A DNA stretch of 64,000 bases from Macrostomum lignano (taxonomy: Eukaryota): positions 62,001-126,000 of the forward strand of contig NIVC01002417.1 in assembly GCA_002269645.1 (NCBI GenBank), given 5' to 3'. A program made the translations under genes and the position numbers. The first letter of the stretch is position 1, and each line of letters begins with the position of its first letter. Under the pieces are notes generated by a model. That model did no database searches and was not told the origin of the DNA. It was given only the letters and a program-made list of their open reading frames with translations. Shown here piece after piece: positions 36,028 through 48,423 of the stretch.

Positions 36028-37121
36028 TTAAATAATTTAATGTTATGTATGGCTCAAGTGTGCTATATATGCCTATCATTGCTGTCATATAGAAAAAACA
36101 TTTTTATTTCATTTTTTATTGCATGATTATATATGATTATGATATATATGAATTTGTTTTTTCCATAGCAGACACTGCAGCATATAAAATTTTAGCCTTT
36201 TGTAAATAAAACTTTTAAACATGTAACTTGTTGCAAGGCATAGGTTTCTAATAGTGGCTAGGTGCAAAATCTTAAAACATCAAACATTATATATTAAAAT
36301 GCATTGATATTAACCTGCTTGTGCATTTAAAGAAATTTGAAAAGTTGAAAAAAGTCAACAACCTACCAATCTATCATATGACTATTGTTATTTATGGCAT
36401 TGTTAATGTTAAGTAATAATTTGTAAAAAATGTCATTTGATAAAATTTCATAAAACTTGGCTGACATCTTTACTTAACTAGACTGACTAGATACTATATT
36501 AATGTATTTATACCATGTGAACCTTAGAATTTTTTAACTTGTAAATTTAATATTAGTTTTGTTCTTATAGGGTATCTAAATTAGGATAAAGCTGGGTGCC
36601 AATTTGGTATTGAAGGTCCGAAGTCTAAATGCCATGTCAAATGTTCAAAGATTAATTTGGAGATAAGTCAAAGATTCCCTCATTTTTTATAGAAAACCCA
36701 GCTCTATTTTTAACTACAATTCCATTGTAGCTATGAATATGGCTATGGGAAGTTATAGATACAGATAAAGATATTAGCCACTTAAATAGCTAAGACATAA
36801 AGTACTTAAAAAGACCAAATGTTGGAGCCTTGATATCATGCATGGAGAATTGGAGATAATGCAGTAGAAATGGATCAGTTTTATTAGATTTTGTGAGCAG
36901 AAACCTTAAGCAACTGAAATTTTCGACACAATGTGCTTGCTGTATGGTTGGGAAGGGGAGGATTAAAGTTAAGAAAGGTCGCATTTTTTGTACAATACAT
37001 GAATTGTACATTAATGAGTGATAACTCTAGTTCAAACTAATCTTCATCTCTCATACATGCGCGACCCCCCCCCCATTTACATCGGCCATGCGACTCATGA
37101 AAGAAAAATAATGTGATTTTA

Positions 37122-37191
37122 GGTAAATGGCAGGAGTAACTATGACCGTATTTTTAAGGCTACGTGCCTCGACATCTAATTAGTATTGTGC
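37122..37191 (+). other. Short diverged 28S rDNA fragment (H69-H71 region), not a functional rRNA gene
   Basis: ggtaaatggcaggagtaactatgaccgtatttttaaggctacgtgcctcgacatctaattagt versus eukaryotic 28S GGTAAACGGCGGGAGTAACTATGACTCTCTTAAGGTAGCCAAATGCCTCGTCATCTAATTAGT (recalled from memory). Confidence 0.75.
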
Positions 37192-37374
37192 TTATTTACG
37201 GATGGGCATTTTTGCGATTTAACTTGGCTTAGTTGGCTGCGGCCCTTGTGAGCCGCAATATCGTATGCATAATTTATTAATACTCGTAGTACTCCATTTC
37301 TTTCAGCGCACAGAGCAATCGGTTTTTATGCGGCATCTATTTACCGAGGTTGGCAGCGCAGCGGTTTAGCAGCA

Positions 37375-40091
37375 ATGCTCTATCAGAGTCTGTTGCTAAT
37401 CATTTGTTGGCAACTGTGCTTCTGCTCGCCGGCAATTGTATCGGCGGCGGCAGCTGTAGCCGCTGCTAAACAGTTGTCATGCGATTTCGATCAATATCAC
37501 GCCTGCCAGTACACTCTGCAGGGATGGCTTATGGAGCCAGTTGAAAACACTGGCATTTTATGCGTTATACCTCAGCGAAATGGTTATTTATTGTACGCCT
37601 TCACTCAGTACCCTACGGCGCATAGTTTGCACCTGTGTCTGCTATTTAATTATCGCCTGACCCCTGAAAGACGCGGCTGTATTGACGGCAGGCCTAGGCT
37701 AACTGTCGCTCTCGATTCAGATGTGAATTGGTCCTTGGAGACTGCAGATATTGACCCATCAGCTGACCGCGGCAATAGAAACAGCAACAGGGCTGGCTGG
37801 ACTGGATCGCAGGTAGGAGTTCCATTTTTTAGTTCAAGCTTAAAAGTCTGTGCTTAATTGCTTGTTGAATTAGTATCTATGCAGTTCCCGAATATAATGT
37901 CTATGGTAAAAGCAAGGATAGCGATCCTTGTCTGGACCTACCTTTCTTCAATAGTAAAAGAAAGAATTAGCAGTCCTTGTCTAGATCCACTGGATTACAA
38001 GGTCTTCAATGATAAAATAAAGGATTAGCAGTCATTGTCTAGACTCACTGGATTAGAAGGCCTCCTGTATTTTAATAGAAAGGATTAGCGGTCCTTGTTT
38101 AGACCCAATGGATTAGAAGGTCTTCTATAGTAATTTAAATGATGAGCCGTCCTTGTCTAATCCTACTGGATTAAAAGGTCTTCTATGGTAATTGAAATGA
38201 TTAGCGGTCCTTGTCTAATCCTACTGGATTAAAAGGTCTTCTATGGTAATTGAAATGATTAGCGGTCCTTGTCTAATCCTACTGGATTAGAAGGTCTTCT
38301 ATGGTAATTGAAATGATTAGCGGTCCTTGTCTAGTCCTACTGGATTAGAAGGTCTTCTATAGTAATTAAAATGATTCGCGGTCCTTGTCTAGTCCTATCA
38401 GATTAAAATGCTATGTTATAATCCTACCTATCCAGGTCTCCTTAAGCGTCCGTCGGAATCAGAGTAGATTAAGAATTGATGCCTGCGGCGTCTGCTTGGA
38501 CAACTTAACAGCTTATGCCGGACGCTGTCCCATTGATCCTGCCGAGCTGAACTGGGGCCTCCGCCTGGTGGCTGTGGACCCGCGCCTTTGGCTGGCTCCA
38601 TTTGTCGGCCTGTCCTGCGTCTGTCTGGCCGTCGGCCTAGCTCTGTCGCTGTCGCTTTCTCGGCATCGACAACAGCATCGATCCAGTTCGTCGTTTTGTC
38701 CTTGTTGCTCTTCGACTTCTAGCGGCGAAGAGGATGCTGTTAATGCCGCCGTTCCTTCTTCGACATCATCCGCTGTCGAAGAGAAGCGACGGCGTCGACA
38801 GACAACGCCGAGAACGCCGCCGCCGCCGCCGGTGCCGCGGATGTCTCAGCAGAGGCCGAATTCGCAGCTTCCGCTGCTGCCAGGCGGCCCAGGTGCTGGC
38901 AGAGACGACGGCGAGAGATCGGCGACGACTACGACGACCGCGCCTGCGGCTGCCGTTGGCGACAGTCCGAGCGATAATTCTCGGGTAGCTTTAAGACTGT
39001 CCGCGCATCACCACCAAACGGTTGGTTTAACTGTTCAATAAATGCTTTGAGATCTTGGGATTTGGGATGTGCGTTTAGCCAGCTGAGCTGGAGGATTTGG
39101 GATTAAGATTTTGGGATCAGGATCTGGGGATTTGGGATTAAGATTTTGCGATCAGGATATGGGGATTTGGGGTCGAGATTTTGGGATCAGGATCTGGGGA
39201 TTTGGGATCAAGATTTGGGATCAGGATCTGGTGATTTGGGATCGAGATTTTGGGATCAGGATCTGGGGATTTGGGATCAAGATTTTGGGATCAGGGCCTG
39301 GGTTTTTTATGATCAAGATTTTGGGATCAGGGTCTGGGGATTTGGGATCGAGACTTTTGGATCAGGACCTGGGGATTTGGGATCAAGATTTTGGGATCAG
39401 GATCTGGTGATTTGGGATCAAGATTTTGGGATCAGGATCTGGGGATTTGGGATCAAGATTTTGGGATCAGGGTCTGGGTGTTTAGGAAATTTGGAATCTT
39501 GGTATTTAAAATCAAGATTTTGAGATCATGATCTGGGAATTTGGGATCTGGGTATTCAAGATCAAGATTTTGGGATCATAATGATCTGAGGATTTGAGGT
39601 CGGGAATTTCAGGATCAATATTCATTGTTAGGCAAGGTGTGGTTTATTTAAATTTATTAAGTCAAATTTCTAATGCGCAGTCCATGGCTGCGGCGGCGGC
39701 GGCTGCCCAGCTACCAGAAACGTCCGCATCAGCCTGCGGCAGTCGCTGCCACCGGCCGCTAAGCATCCCGGCCACGTGTACTTTTGTGATGTCGGCCGAA
39801 CGTTTCGGCCCGCCGACGCCGACGCAGCCGACGTCAACACCGACGCAATCTCCGACGTCGGGCTCGGCTCCGCCGCCGGCTGCACAGCGCCAGCACTCAA
39901 CCAGCCTGTCTCTGTCCTGTCCAGGCAAAGATCTCGAGTGCTTTCGCGATCCCGACGCTAGCAGTAGCGAATGTGGCGACGAAGATGATGAGCAGACGGC
40001 TGCCAGTCGCCTGCTGGGCTCGGATGCTGGGGCGCCGACTGTGCCGCGTAGGTTCAGCCCGACTCTCTCGTCTGATCAGCAAGGCAGTTAA
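37375..40091 (+). CDS. MAM-domain type-I transmembrane protein with Ser/Pro-rich cytoplasmic tail, 3 exons (about 477 aa)
   Basis: Exons 37375-37812, 38436-39020 and 39681-40091 (all phase 0). Signal peptide MLYQSLLLIICWQLCFC; MAM-like SCDFD..C, CLLFNY, VCLDNLTAYAGRC; TM LWLAPFVGLSCVCLAVGLALSLSL. Exon 3 is less certain; the alternative is read-through to the stop at 39041. Confidence 0.65.
37915..38420. repeat. 58-bp minisatellite, intron 1 of the MAM gene
   Basis: tcctact recurs at 38161 and 38219. Confidence 0.85.
39045..39600. repeat. GGGATC-based composite array (gggatcaggatctggggattt / gggatcaagatttt), intron 2 of the MAM gene
   Basis: Visible; explains the DQDFGIRIWG ORFs. Confidence 0.85.
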
Positions 40092-40119
40092 AATAGCTAA
40101 GATTAGATAGTAGTCGCTA

Positions 40120-40280
40120 ACATTGTAATGGTTAGATCATGTCCGTTAAGATTAGATAATGACCGTTCAAATTAGATTAGATCATTATCGTTAAGATTAG
40201 ATCATAATCGCTAAGATTAGATCATAATCGTTAAGATTAGATCATAATCGCTAAGATTAGATCATAATCATTAAAATTAG
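40120..40280. repeat. 20-bp tandem repeat (ttagatcataatcgttaaga)
   Basis: Visible just after the MAM gene stop. Confidence 0.8.
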
Positions 40281-40784
40281 AACTACAGGGTAAACAATCC
40301 AAGTTACAAGTAATAAGAGAAAAATAGCAGTTTATATATTAGACTGAAGCACAATTTATACCTTCAAGATTTCTTTCTATTTGAGTAAATTGTGTACTTA
40401 CTGATTGTTTTTTTACTCCTTAAATATCTCAACTCAAATTACTTCTGCTGTCCTTGCTAATAAACATTGCTGGAATATCCTGGCTTTTTTAACTTCATAT
40501 TTTTTACCTTGTGTTATGATACTAGTAGGTGTTGTCATAGTAGATAATTGTTGATTAATTTTTATTTTTTGTGTCTCATCTGCATAATTAATTAACTAAT
40601 TGAGCTTTTTTCAAATGCTTTTAAAATATTTGTTTTTTAAAGTTACTTGCTGCTAGGCTGTTTAGTAAATTCAATTTTCTTGCAAGTAATTGTAAGCAAA
40701 GGGGGCTCAACTTCTGCTAGTCTGTTTGATAGATTAGGCATTGTGCTTGTTAAATTTGCTATTTTCACCGTTCCAGCTTGCATC

Positions 40785-41315
<531 letters not shown>

Positions 41316-42399
41316 CATTCACTCCATGATTCACCAATTAGGTTTATGAATTCATTTTTGAGAAAAAAAGTAACTTTCCCTCGCTACTTTGTACCACTTA
41401 GCTTTCTCCCCTCTCCAGTTGCACGCAAAAATCTTTGCACTTTTTTGCTCTCAACTCCCTCTTCCCCCCCTTCAAGCCTTGCCATCCCAGAGTGAGAGAG
41501 CGAGCGGAACTTGGAAAAAAAACACGGGTGGCGGCAGGCTGCAGTAGCGGCGTGTAGGCAGCACCCGCTCTCTCCCCTCTCCCCCTCTTTCCATTTCTGT
41601 ACTTCTAGGAGAAATAAAATTGCCGCAAACTGCCGCTGTCACACTGTCGAGTTCGCCAGTCCGCGCTGCACACAAAAAAACAGGCTCTGCCTTGCTGTGG
41701 CCGTCTGTCTGTCCACCCCTCTCTCCCTCTACGCTCCCCTGGAGACCACTCCGGCTGCTCTCTCCCCCTGGCCTGAGAATTCTCGGCATACTATAGCTCT
41801 ATCGATTTCTAAAAAAATTCATATTGCAACTGATAATTTGTTCGCCTAAAACGTAGTTCAATTATTTTCATCTTTATGCTTTATTATATTTTAATTAAAA
41901 CAATCTTTCGTCCCATCTGCTAACCTGCTTTCCTTAATCTATAATTAATTTCATCTCTAATCCTGAGTCCTGGGAGTTTTCCTACACAACTTGTGCCTGG
42001 AATTTTTTGGGGGAGAGAAGTAACCAAGAGACAATGTGGCTGTGTCTCCCCTTCTACGTACGTCCGTTTTTACGCCGGAATCTAATATTCACTCTACACA
42101 GTTTAGAAATGCTGCATAATTGGCTAAGCCGCAACTAAGGGTGTTTTTTTGGGGCGCTAGAGGTGGACTGAAAAAATCCCTACCACAAGCCGCTGCTCTC
42201 GCCCTCGCGTGTGTCTGTCGTCCACCTGGCAAATGGCTGTCTGTTCCTCCTATTTACTTCTATGCTAACTTTGGCCATCGAGGCGAAACAGTTGTAGTGC
42301 TGTGTACTTCTGTATTAATCTCTCTCCTACCCAGTGTTGCCTGTAGCGTTGACTTTTTTATTCTACTTTATAAAACTATATTAGTTTAATGATATTTTG

Positions 42400-42700
42400 A
42401 CGGCACAGCTCTGCACCCATGCACCCACCCCACTCCCATTTGATTCTTATCAGTGGCCTGGCGCAGCTCTGCACCCACCCCACTCCCATTTGATTCTATC
42501 AGTGGCCTGGCGCAGCTCTGCACCCACCCCACTCCCATTTGATTCTATCAGTGGCCTGGCGCAGCTCTGCACCCACCCCACTCCCATTTGATTCTATCAG
42601 TGGCCTGGCGCAGCTCTGCACCCACCCCACTCCCATTTGATTCTATCAGTGGCCTGGCGCAGCTCTGCACCCACCCCACTCCCATTTGATTCTTATCAGA
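42400..42700. repeat. 49-50-bp minisatellite, about 5-6 copies
   Basis: gattctatcagtggcctggcgcagctctgcacccaccccactcccattt is repeated. Confidence 0.9.
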
Positions 42701-43779
42701 GACCATAATTTTCCTCCACAATTATCTGAAAAAGTCAATTTTAAGAGTTCAGTCGTTGTTTCGATTCTATTTTCTTAGTTTCTTAGTTTTACTTATTAAA
42801 TAATTGCACCACACCATAAGATGTGTCAATTTTGGCACCTATTTTTCATTGTCAATTTTTGTTATTTCACCTCATTTTTTCACCAATGATTTCAGCAGTT
42901 TAGTAAAGTAACTTTCTCTAGTAATTCGATTTTCCATTTCCGTTCTCATTTTTTCTTTAAGAAAAGATAGCAGTTTTGCATTTTTTGTTTCTATATTTGT
43001 TTTTTTCGCTACTACTAACCGCCAGTTGGCGAGTAGTATCGATCGATAGTAGATTCAGTTTTGCTCTAGTTTTTCTCTATTCAATCCCGCCCAACCAAGC
43101 TGTGATTGCGTGCCGTGTATTATTATTGTCCTTTGTTTCAATTTGAACACTTTTCTAGTAGCTATTGCTGTCTTTCTTTCACTCTCATAGAATTTTCTCT
43201 TCTTCAGCTTATGCAAATATAAAATAGCAGTAAGAAAATGTCACTATCTATTGCTTTTTACTTGCCTCCTTACAAGTGACTTTGTTTGTCAGCAATTCTT
43301 GTGTTAAAAAGTTAAAGAATGCTAATAAATAATTCATGACTGTATTGTTCGTCTCAGCGAATCTCCATTCAATTTGGAGCTGATGTAGATAATATTTCCC
43401 CCTTTTTAAATCAGGTTAAAGTATATAAACATACTATCGATATTTGTTGTATTATAAAAACATTTTCATTAGTATTTATATTAGTATCTATACATATAGT
43501 TCTTATATAATTGTTGCTTTGTTAAATTAATGACGTTTAATATTGTATGCATTGATTTATAATGACATTGTTATCAGTATACTTAAAATAAATATTAAAA
43601 AGTTTAACATGGATTTAAGATGAATTATCGCTTTTCTTGGTAATTTTCTATACACTGAAATTTTAGTGAGTTTTTTAAATAATATTGAATTTTAGAATAG
43701 TTTAGATACAATCGGATAGTTTAGGAATCAGTTTATTGTTTGGGAATGTTAATTTAATGTTTAAAAATCTTAGTGTTAC

Positions 43780-44175
43780 AGTTTAGGAGTCTTAGTTTTA
43801 CAGTTTAGAAGTCTTAGTTTTACAGTTTAGGAATCTTAGTTTTACGGTTTAGGAATCTTAGTTTTACAGTTTAGGAGTCTTAGTTTTACAGTTTAGGAGT
43901 CTTAGTTTTACAGTTTGGAAATCTTAGTTTTACAGTTTAGGAGTCTTAGATTTACAGTTTAGGAGTCTTAGTTTTACAGTTGAGGAGTTTTAGTTTTTAC
44001 AGTTTAGGAGTCTTAGTTTTACAGTTTAGGAATCTTAGTTTTACAGTTTAGGAGTCTTAGTTTTACAGTTGAGGAGTTTTAGTTTTTACAGTTTAGGAGT
44101 CTTAGTTTTACAGTTGAGGAGTTTTAGTTTTTACAGTTTAGGAGTCTTAGTTTTACAGTTTAGGAATCTTAGTTT
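43780..44175. repeat. 22-bp minisatellite (cagtttaggagtcttagtttta), about 18 copies
   Basis: Visible array upstream of p190RhoGAP. Confidence 0.9.
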
Positions 44176-44611
44176 TGGGTTTCTGAATCTGAGATAAAGC
44201 AGAATAGTTTCTATAGTTTCTATAGAATAGTTTCTATATTCTATAGTAAACAGTGCACTGAAGAAAAGACACAAGTCATTTTAGTGCGCGCTGACTTAAT
44301 TCTTTATAATATAATTTTTGCAGGCAGTCCTATAAATATATAGCTATCATAAGCTATCATATTTCCAAAATATCGGCTTTTCTCAAGTTCCAGCCAAGGA
44401 AGCTAGCAATAGGAACTTTCGTCTTGCTATGCAGCATCTCTAATACAATAATTGAATCCAAATTTCTATTGCAGACAGCAGATCTGCAGCAAGAAAAGGC
44501 TACGCTAAGTACTAGTAGTAGTATTAAGTAGGCTTAGCGCGAACAACGGCATGTGTATCTTTATCTGCTGACTTTTTTTCGTGTAAGCCTGCATCCAGTT
44601 CCGGATCAATC

Positions 44612-47600
44612 ATGTTGTTGAAGTCTCACGGCGCCAGCTCCGGTCACGTCAGTTGCATCAGTGTGATTGGAATGTCTGACAAATCGGTTAATACTACTTC
44701 TACTGTTAGTAGTAGTTGTAGTAGCGGTACGTTCGATTCTTCATTGTGTACAGATCGAGCATTCGAATTAGGCGTTGGCAAATCCTGTCTGTGCAACAGG
44801 TTTGTACGGCCGGCCCAGGATGAGTTCAGACTGAAGCACATCTCCACAGTGCACGAGGCTGACTTTGCTGGGCAGGTGAGTGTTATTGTTTTATGCTAAT
44901 ATCCCTGTCGGTCTGGCTGTCTTTCTGCGCCATATTGTATGGCTGACTTCATTCTGCCCTCCGGCTGCTCGAGTTCGTAACTGCTGTCTAGTTTTACTTA
45001 GTTTTTGTCCTCTCTATTCTCTCTTCTCTCCTCTCCTATCATCCCCTCTCCTCTCCTCTCCTCTCCTCTCCTCTCCTCTCATCTCTCCTTTCTCCTCTCC
45101 TCTCATCTCTCCTTTCTCCTCTCCTCTCCTCTCCTCTCATCCCGTATCCTCTCCTCTCATCCCCTCTTCTCTCCTCTCCTCTCATCTCTCCTTTCTCCTC
45201 TCCTCTCATCCCCTCTTCTCTCCTCTCTTCTCTCCTCCCTCTCTCCTGTCCTCTCATCCCTTCTCCTCTCCTCTCCTCTCATCCCTCTTCTCTCTCCTCT
45301 CCTCTCCTCTCTAATCCTCTTCTCTCATCCTCTCTTCTCTCATCCCCTCTTCTCTCATCGTCATCCCTCTTCTCTCTTGACTCTCCCCTCCTCGCTACAC
45401 ACTACAATAATCATTTATGCTATAACCAGGTCACAGCTTAATCTACAAGTAAAAACGAAGCCTCAGCATCCTCATCTCCATCTATTTCCCCCCCCCACCA
45501 AGGTGCTGCGCAACAGCCACTGGCTCTACTGGGGCTGCGTCGAGCGCCGGCCGGGCCACCTCTGTCATGTTGTTGAACAAACCGAATTCGTCAACGACAA
45601 AGACCTGCGACCTTTTCCCACCCATTCGCCGTACTTTATGCGCTGCACAGCGACTAAGCTGCACGCCTCTCAAAAATTGGCCTGGGTCTGCTCGGATCAG
45701 TTGGGATTTGAAAATGATTATCCCAAACAGCGCGCTCCAGATGGATCCTTGCTGATTGAAGGATTCCTAGTCTGCGTTGATTTGTCAAGGACTTTGGATA
45801 GCCAGATTCAGTTCTTGCAGGTGCGTGTTGGACTACTTATGATAGTAACAGTGCTAGTAGTATGACGGTAAAGATTTCTGAAAAAAGGGTGGGAATTATG
45901 ACAATTCTAGGTTCAGGATTCACGAAAGGCATAAAAAGTTTGGAGATTTTCCAGGGAGATTGATTTATGATTCCCCTGGGTGATTGGTTAGGGTAGGAAT
46001 TCCTCAGGGCGACGGGTTAGGAATTCTCCAGGGCAATGGATAGGGGATTCCCCAGGGGAATGGATTGCGGATTCCCCAGGGCAATGGATTGGGGATTCCC
46101 CAGGGCAATGGATAGGGGATTCCCCAGGGCAATAAATAGGGGATTCCCCAGGGCAATGGATAGGGGATTTCCCAGGGCAATGGATTGGGGATTCCCCAGA
46201 ACAATAGATTGGGGATTCCCCAGAACAATAGATTGGGGATTCCCCAGAACAATGGATTGGGGATTCCCCAGGGCAATGGGTTGGGGATTCCTCAGGGCAA
46301 TGGGTAGGGGATTCCCCAGAAAAATAGATTGGGGATTCCTCTGGGCAATGGGTTGGGGATTCCCCAGAACAATGGATTGGGGATTCCTCTGGGCAATGGG
46401 TTGGGGATTCCCCAGAACAATGGATTGGGGATTCCTCAGGGCAATGGATTGGGGATTCCCCAGGGCAATGGATTGGGGATTCCTCGGTGCAATGGATTGG
46501 GGATTCCTCAGGGCAATGGGTGGGGGATTCCCCAAAACAATGGGTTTGGGATTCCCCAGAACAATGGTTTGGGGATTCCTCAGGGCAATGGATTGGGGAT
46601 TCCTCAGGGCAATGAATTGGGGATTCCCCAAGGCGATTAGTTGGGGATTCTTTAGGAGGATGGATTTCAGCTTCCCTGGGCAATGCGTTAGGAATTCCCT
46701 AGAGAGATAAAGATTAGAGATTCCCTGGAGGGATGAATTGAGGATTTCCATTGCAATGCGTTAAGAAATTCGATGAACAAATTTGAGATTTTCAATGTCA
46801 TGCAATGCGAACCTAATTTAATCGATCACAAAAAACAAACAAATAGGAAGTGGCTCCATTGCTGCAGAAAACGAAGCGTCCTGCTCTACTAGTAGCTACG
46901 AAAGTTGACTGCCTGCTTGATGTAACTCGACAACAGCAGCAACAAAAATTTGGTGATTGCGTCACCGCCGCCTTAACAGCTGGGTACGTGCAGAGGCTTG
47001 AACTACTGCGCAAAGAGTGTCGCCGATTTCGATGCTTCATCAGCGGCGCAGGCGGTGGTGGCGGCGGCGGAGGTGGCAGCGGAGGCGGCGGCAGCTCTTC
47101 AGGTGGCGGTAGTGGTGGTAGCAGCGGAGGTCCGCTGATTGTGGAGACTTCAGCGACACTGAATATCAATGTTAACGAAGCTTTCCAGTGAGTCATGATG
47201 GAAATCTTGAAATTGATTTTAAATTAGGGCTGAAACTTATGCTGCTTGCTGGGTGATAGACGGATAGAGTCGGATAGATGGGGAAAGACAGACGGATAGA
47301 TGGGGATGTACAGTCGGATAGATGGGGAAAGACAGACGGATAGATGGGGATAGACAGTCGGATAAATGGGGGATAGACAGTCGGATAAATGGGGGATAGA
47401 CAGTCGGATAGATGGGGGATAGACAGTCGGATAGATGGGGGATAGACAGTCGGATAGATGGGGGATAGACAGTCGGATAGATGGGGGATAGACAGTCGGA
47501 TAGATGGGGGATAGACAGTCGGATAGATGGGGGATAGACAGTCGGATAGATGGGGGATAGACAGTCGGATAGATGGGGATAGACAGTCGGATAGATGGGG

Positions 47601-48166
47601 GATAGACAGTCGGATAGATGGGGGATAGACAGTCGGATAGATGGGGGATAGACAGTCGGATAGATGGGGATAGACAGACGGATAGATGGGGGATAGACAG
47701 ACGGATAGATGGGGATAGACAGTCGGATAAATATGGGATAGACAGTCGGATAGATGGGGGATAGACAGTCGGATAGATGGGGATAGACAGACGGATAGAT
47801 GGGGGATAGACAGACGGATAAATGGGAGACAGACGGGCAGACGTACCTGTATAAGAGACATATCGTTATGCACGCGCCCAGCCTTTTACCCCCTCTCCCT
47901 CCCAGATACCTGTTATCCATAATCGAGCGTGACAAGGCTCGGCCAGCCAGGCCAGCTCAGTTCATCGACGCCCTGGCCGCCAGACGAGCCCTATGCGACA
48001 GCGCCACCAGGGCTTACCATCAGCTGCTGCTGCGAACTGTTAAACGGAACTCGCTGTTTCAATCGTTTCACACCTGGCAGGCCAGTCATTCCAGCTGCCC
48101 GGAGTTCCTGCAGCTCATTGAACTGCAGGTACTGACTGGCTGTCTGTCTGCAGACTGTCTGTCTGC

Positions 48167-48233
<67 letters not shown>

Positions 48234-48235
48234 TC

Positions 48236-48266
<31 letters not shown>

Positions 48267-48301
48267 TCTGTCTGTCTGTCTGTCTATCTGTCTGTCTGTT
48301 C

Positions 48302-48342
<41 letters not shown>

Positions 48343-48344
48343 TC

Positions 48345-48423
<79 letters not shown>

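Noticed and set aside
45988-47935. GESPIHCP / LSIPHLSDC ORFs on both strands
   Set aside because: Intronic 24-bp arrays of p190.
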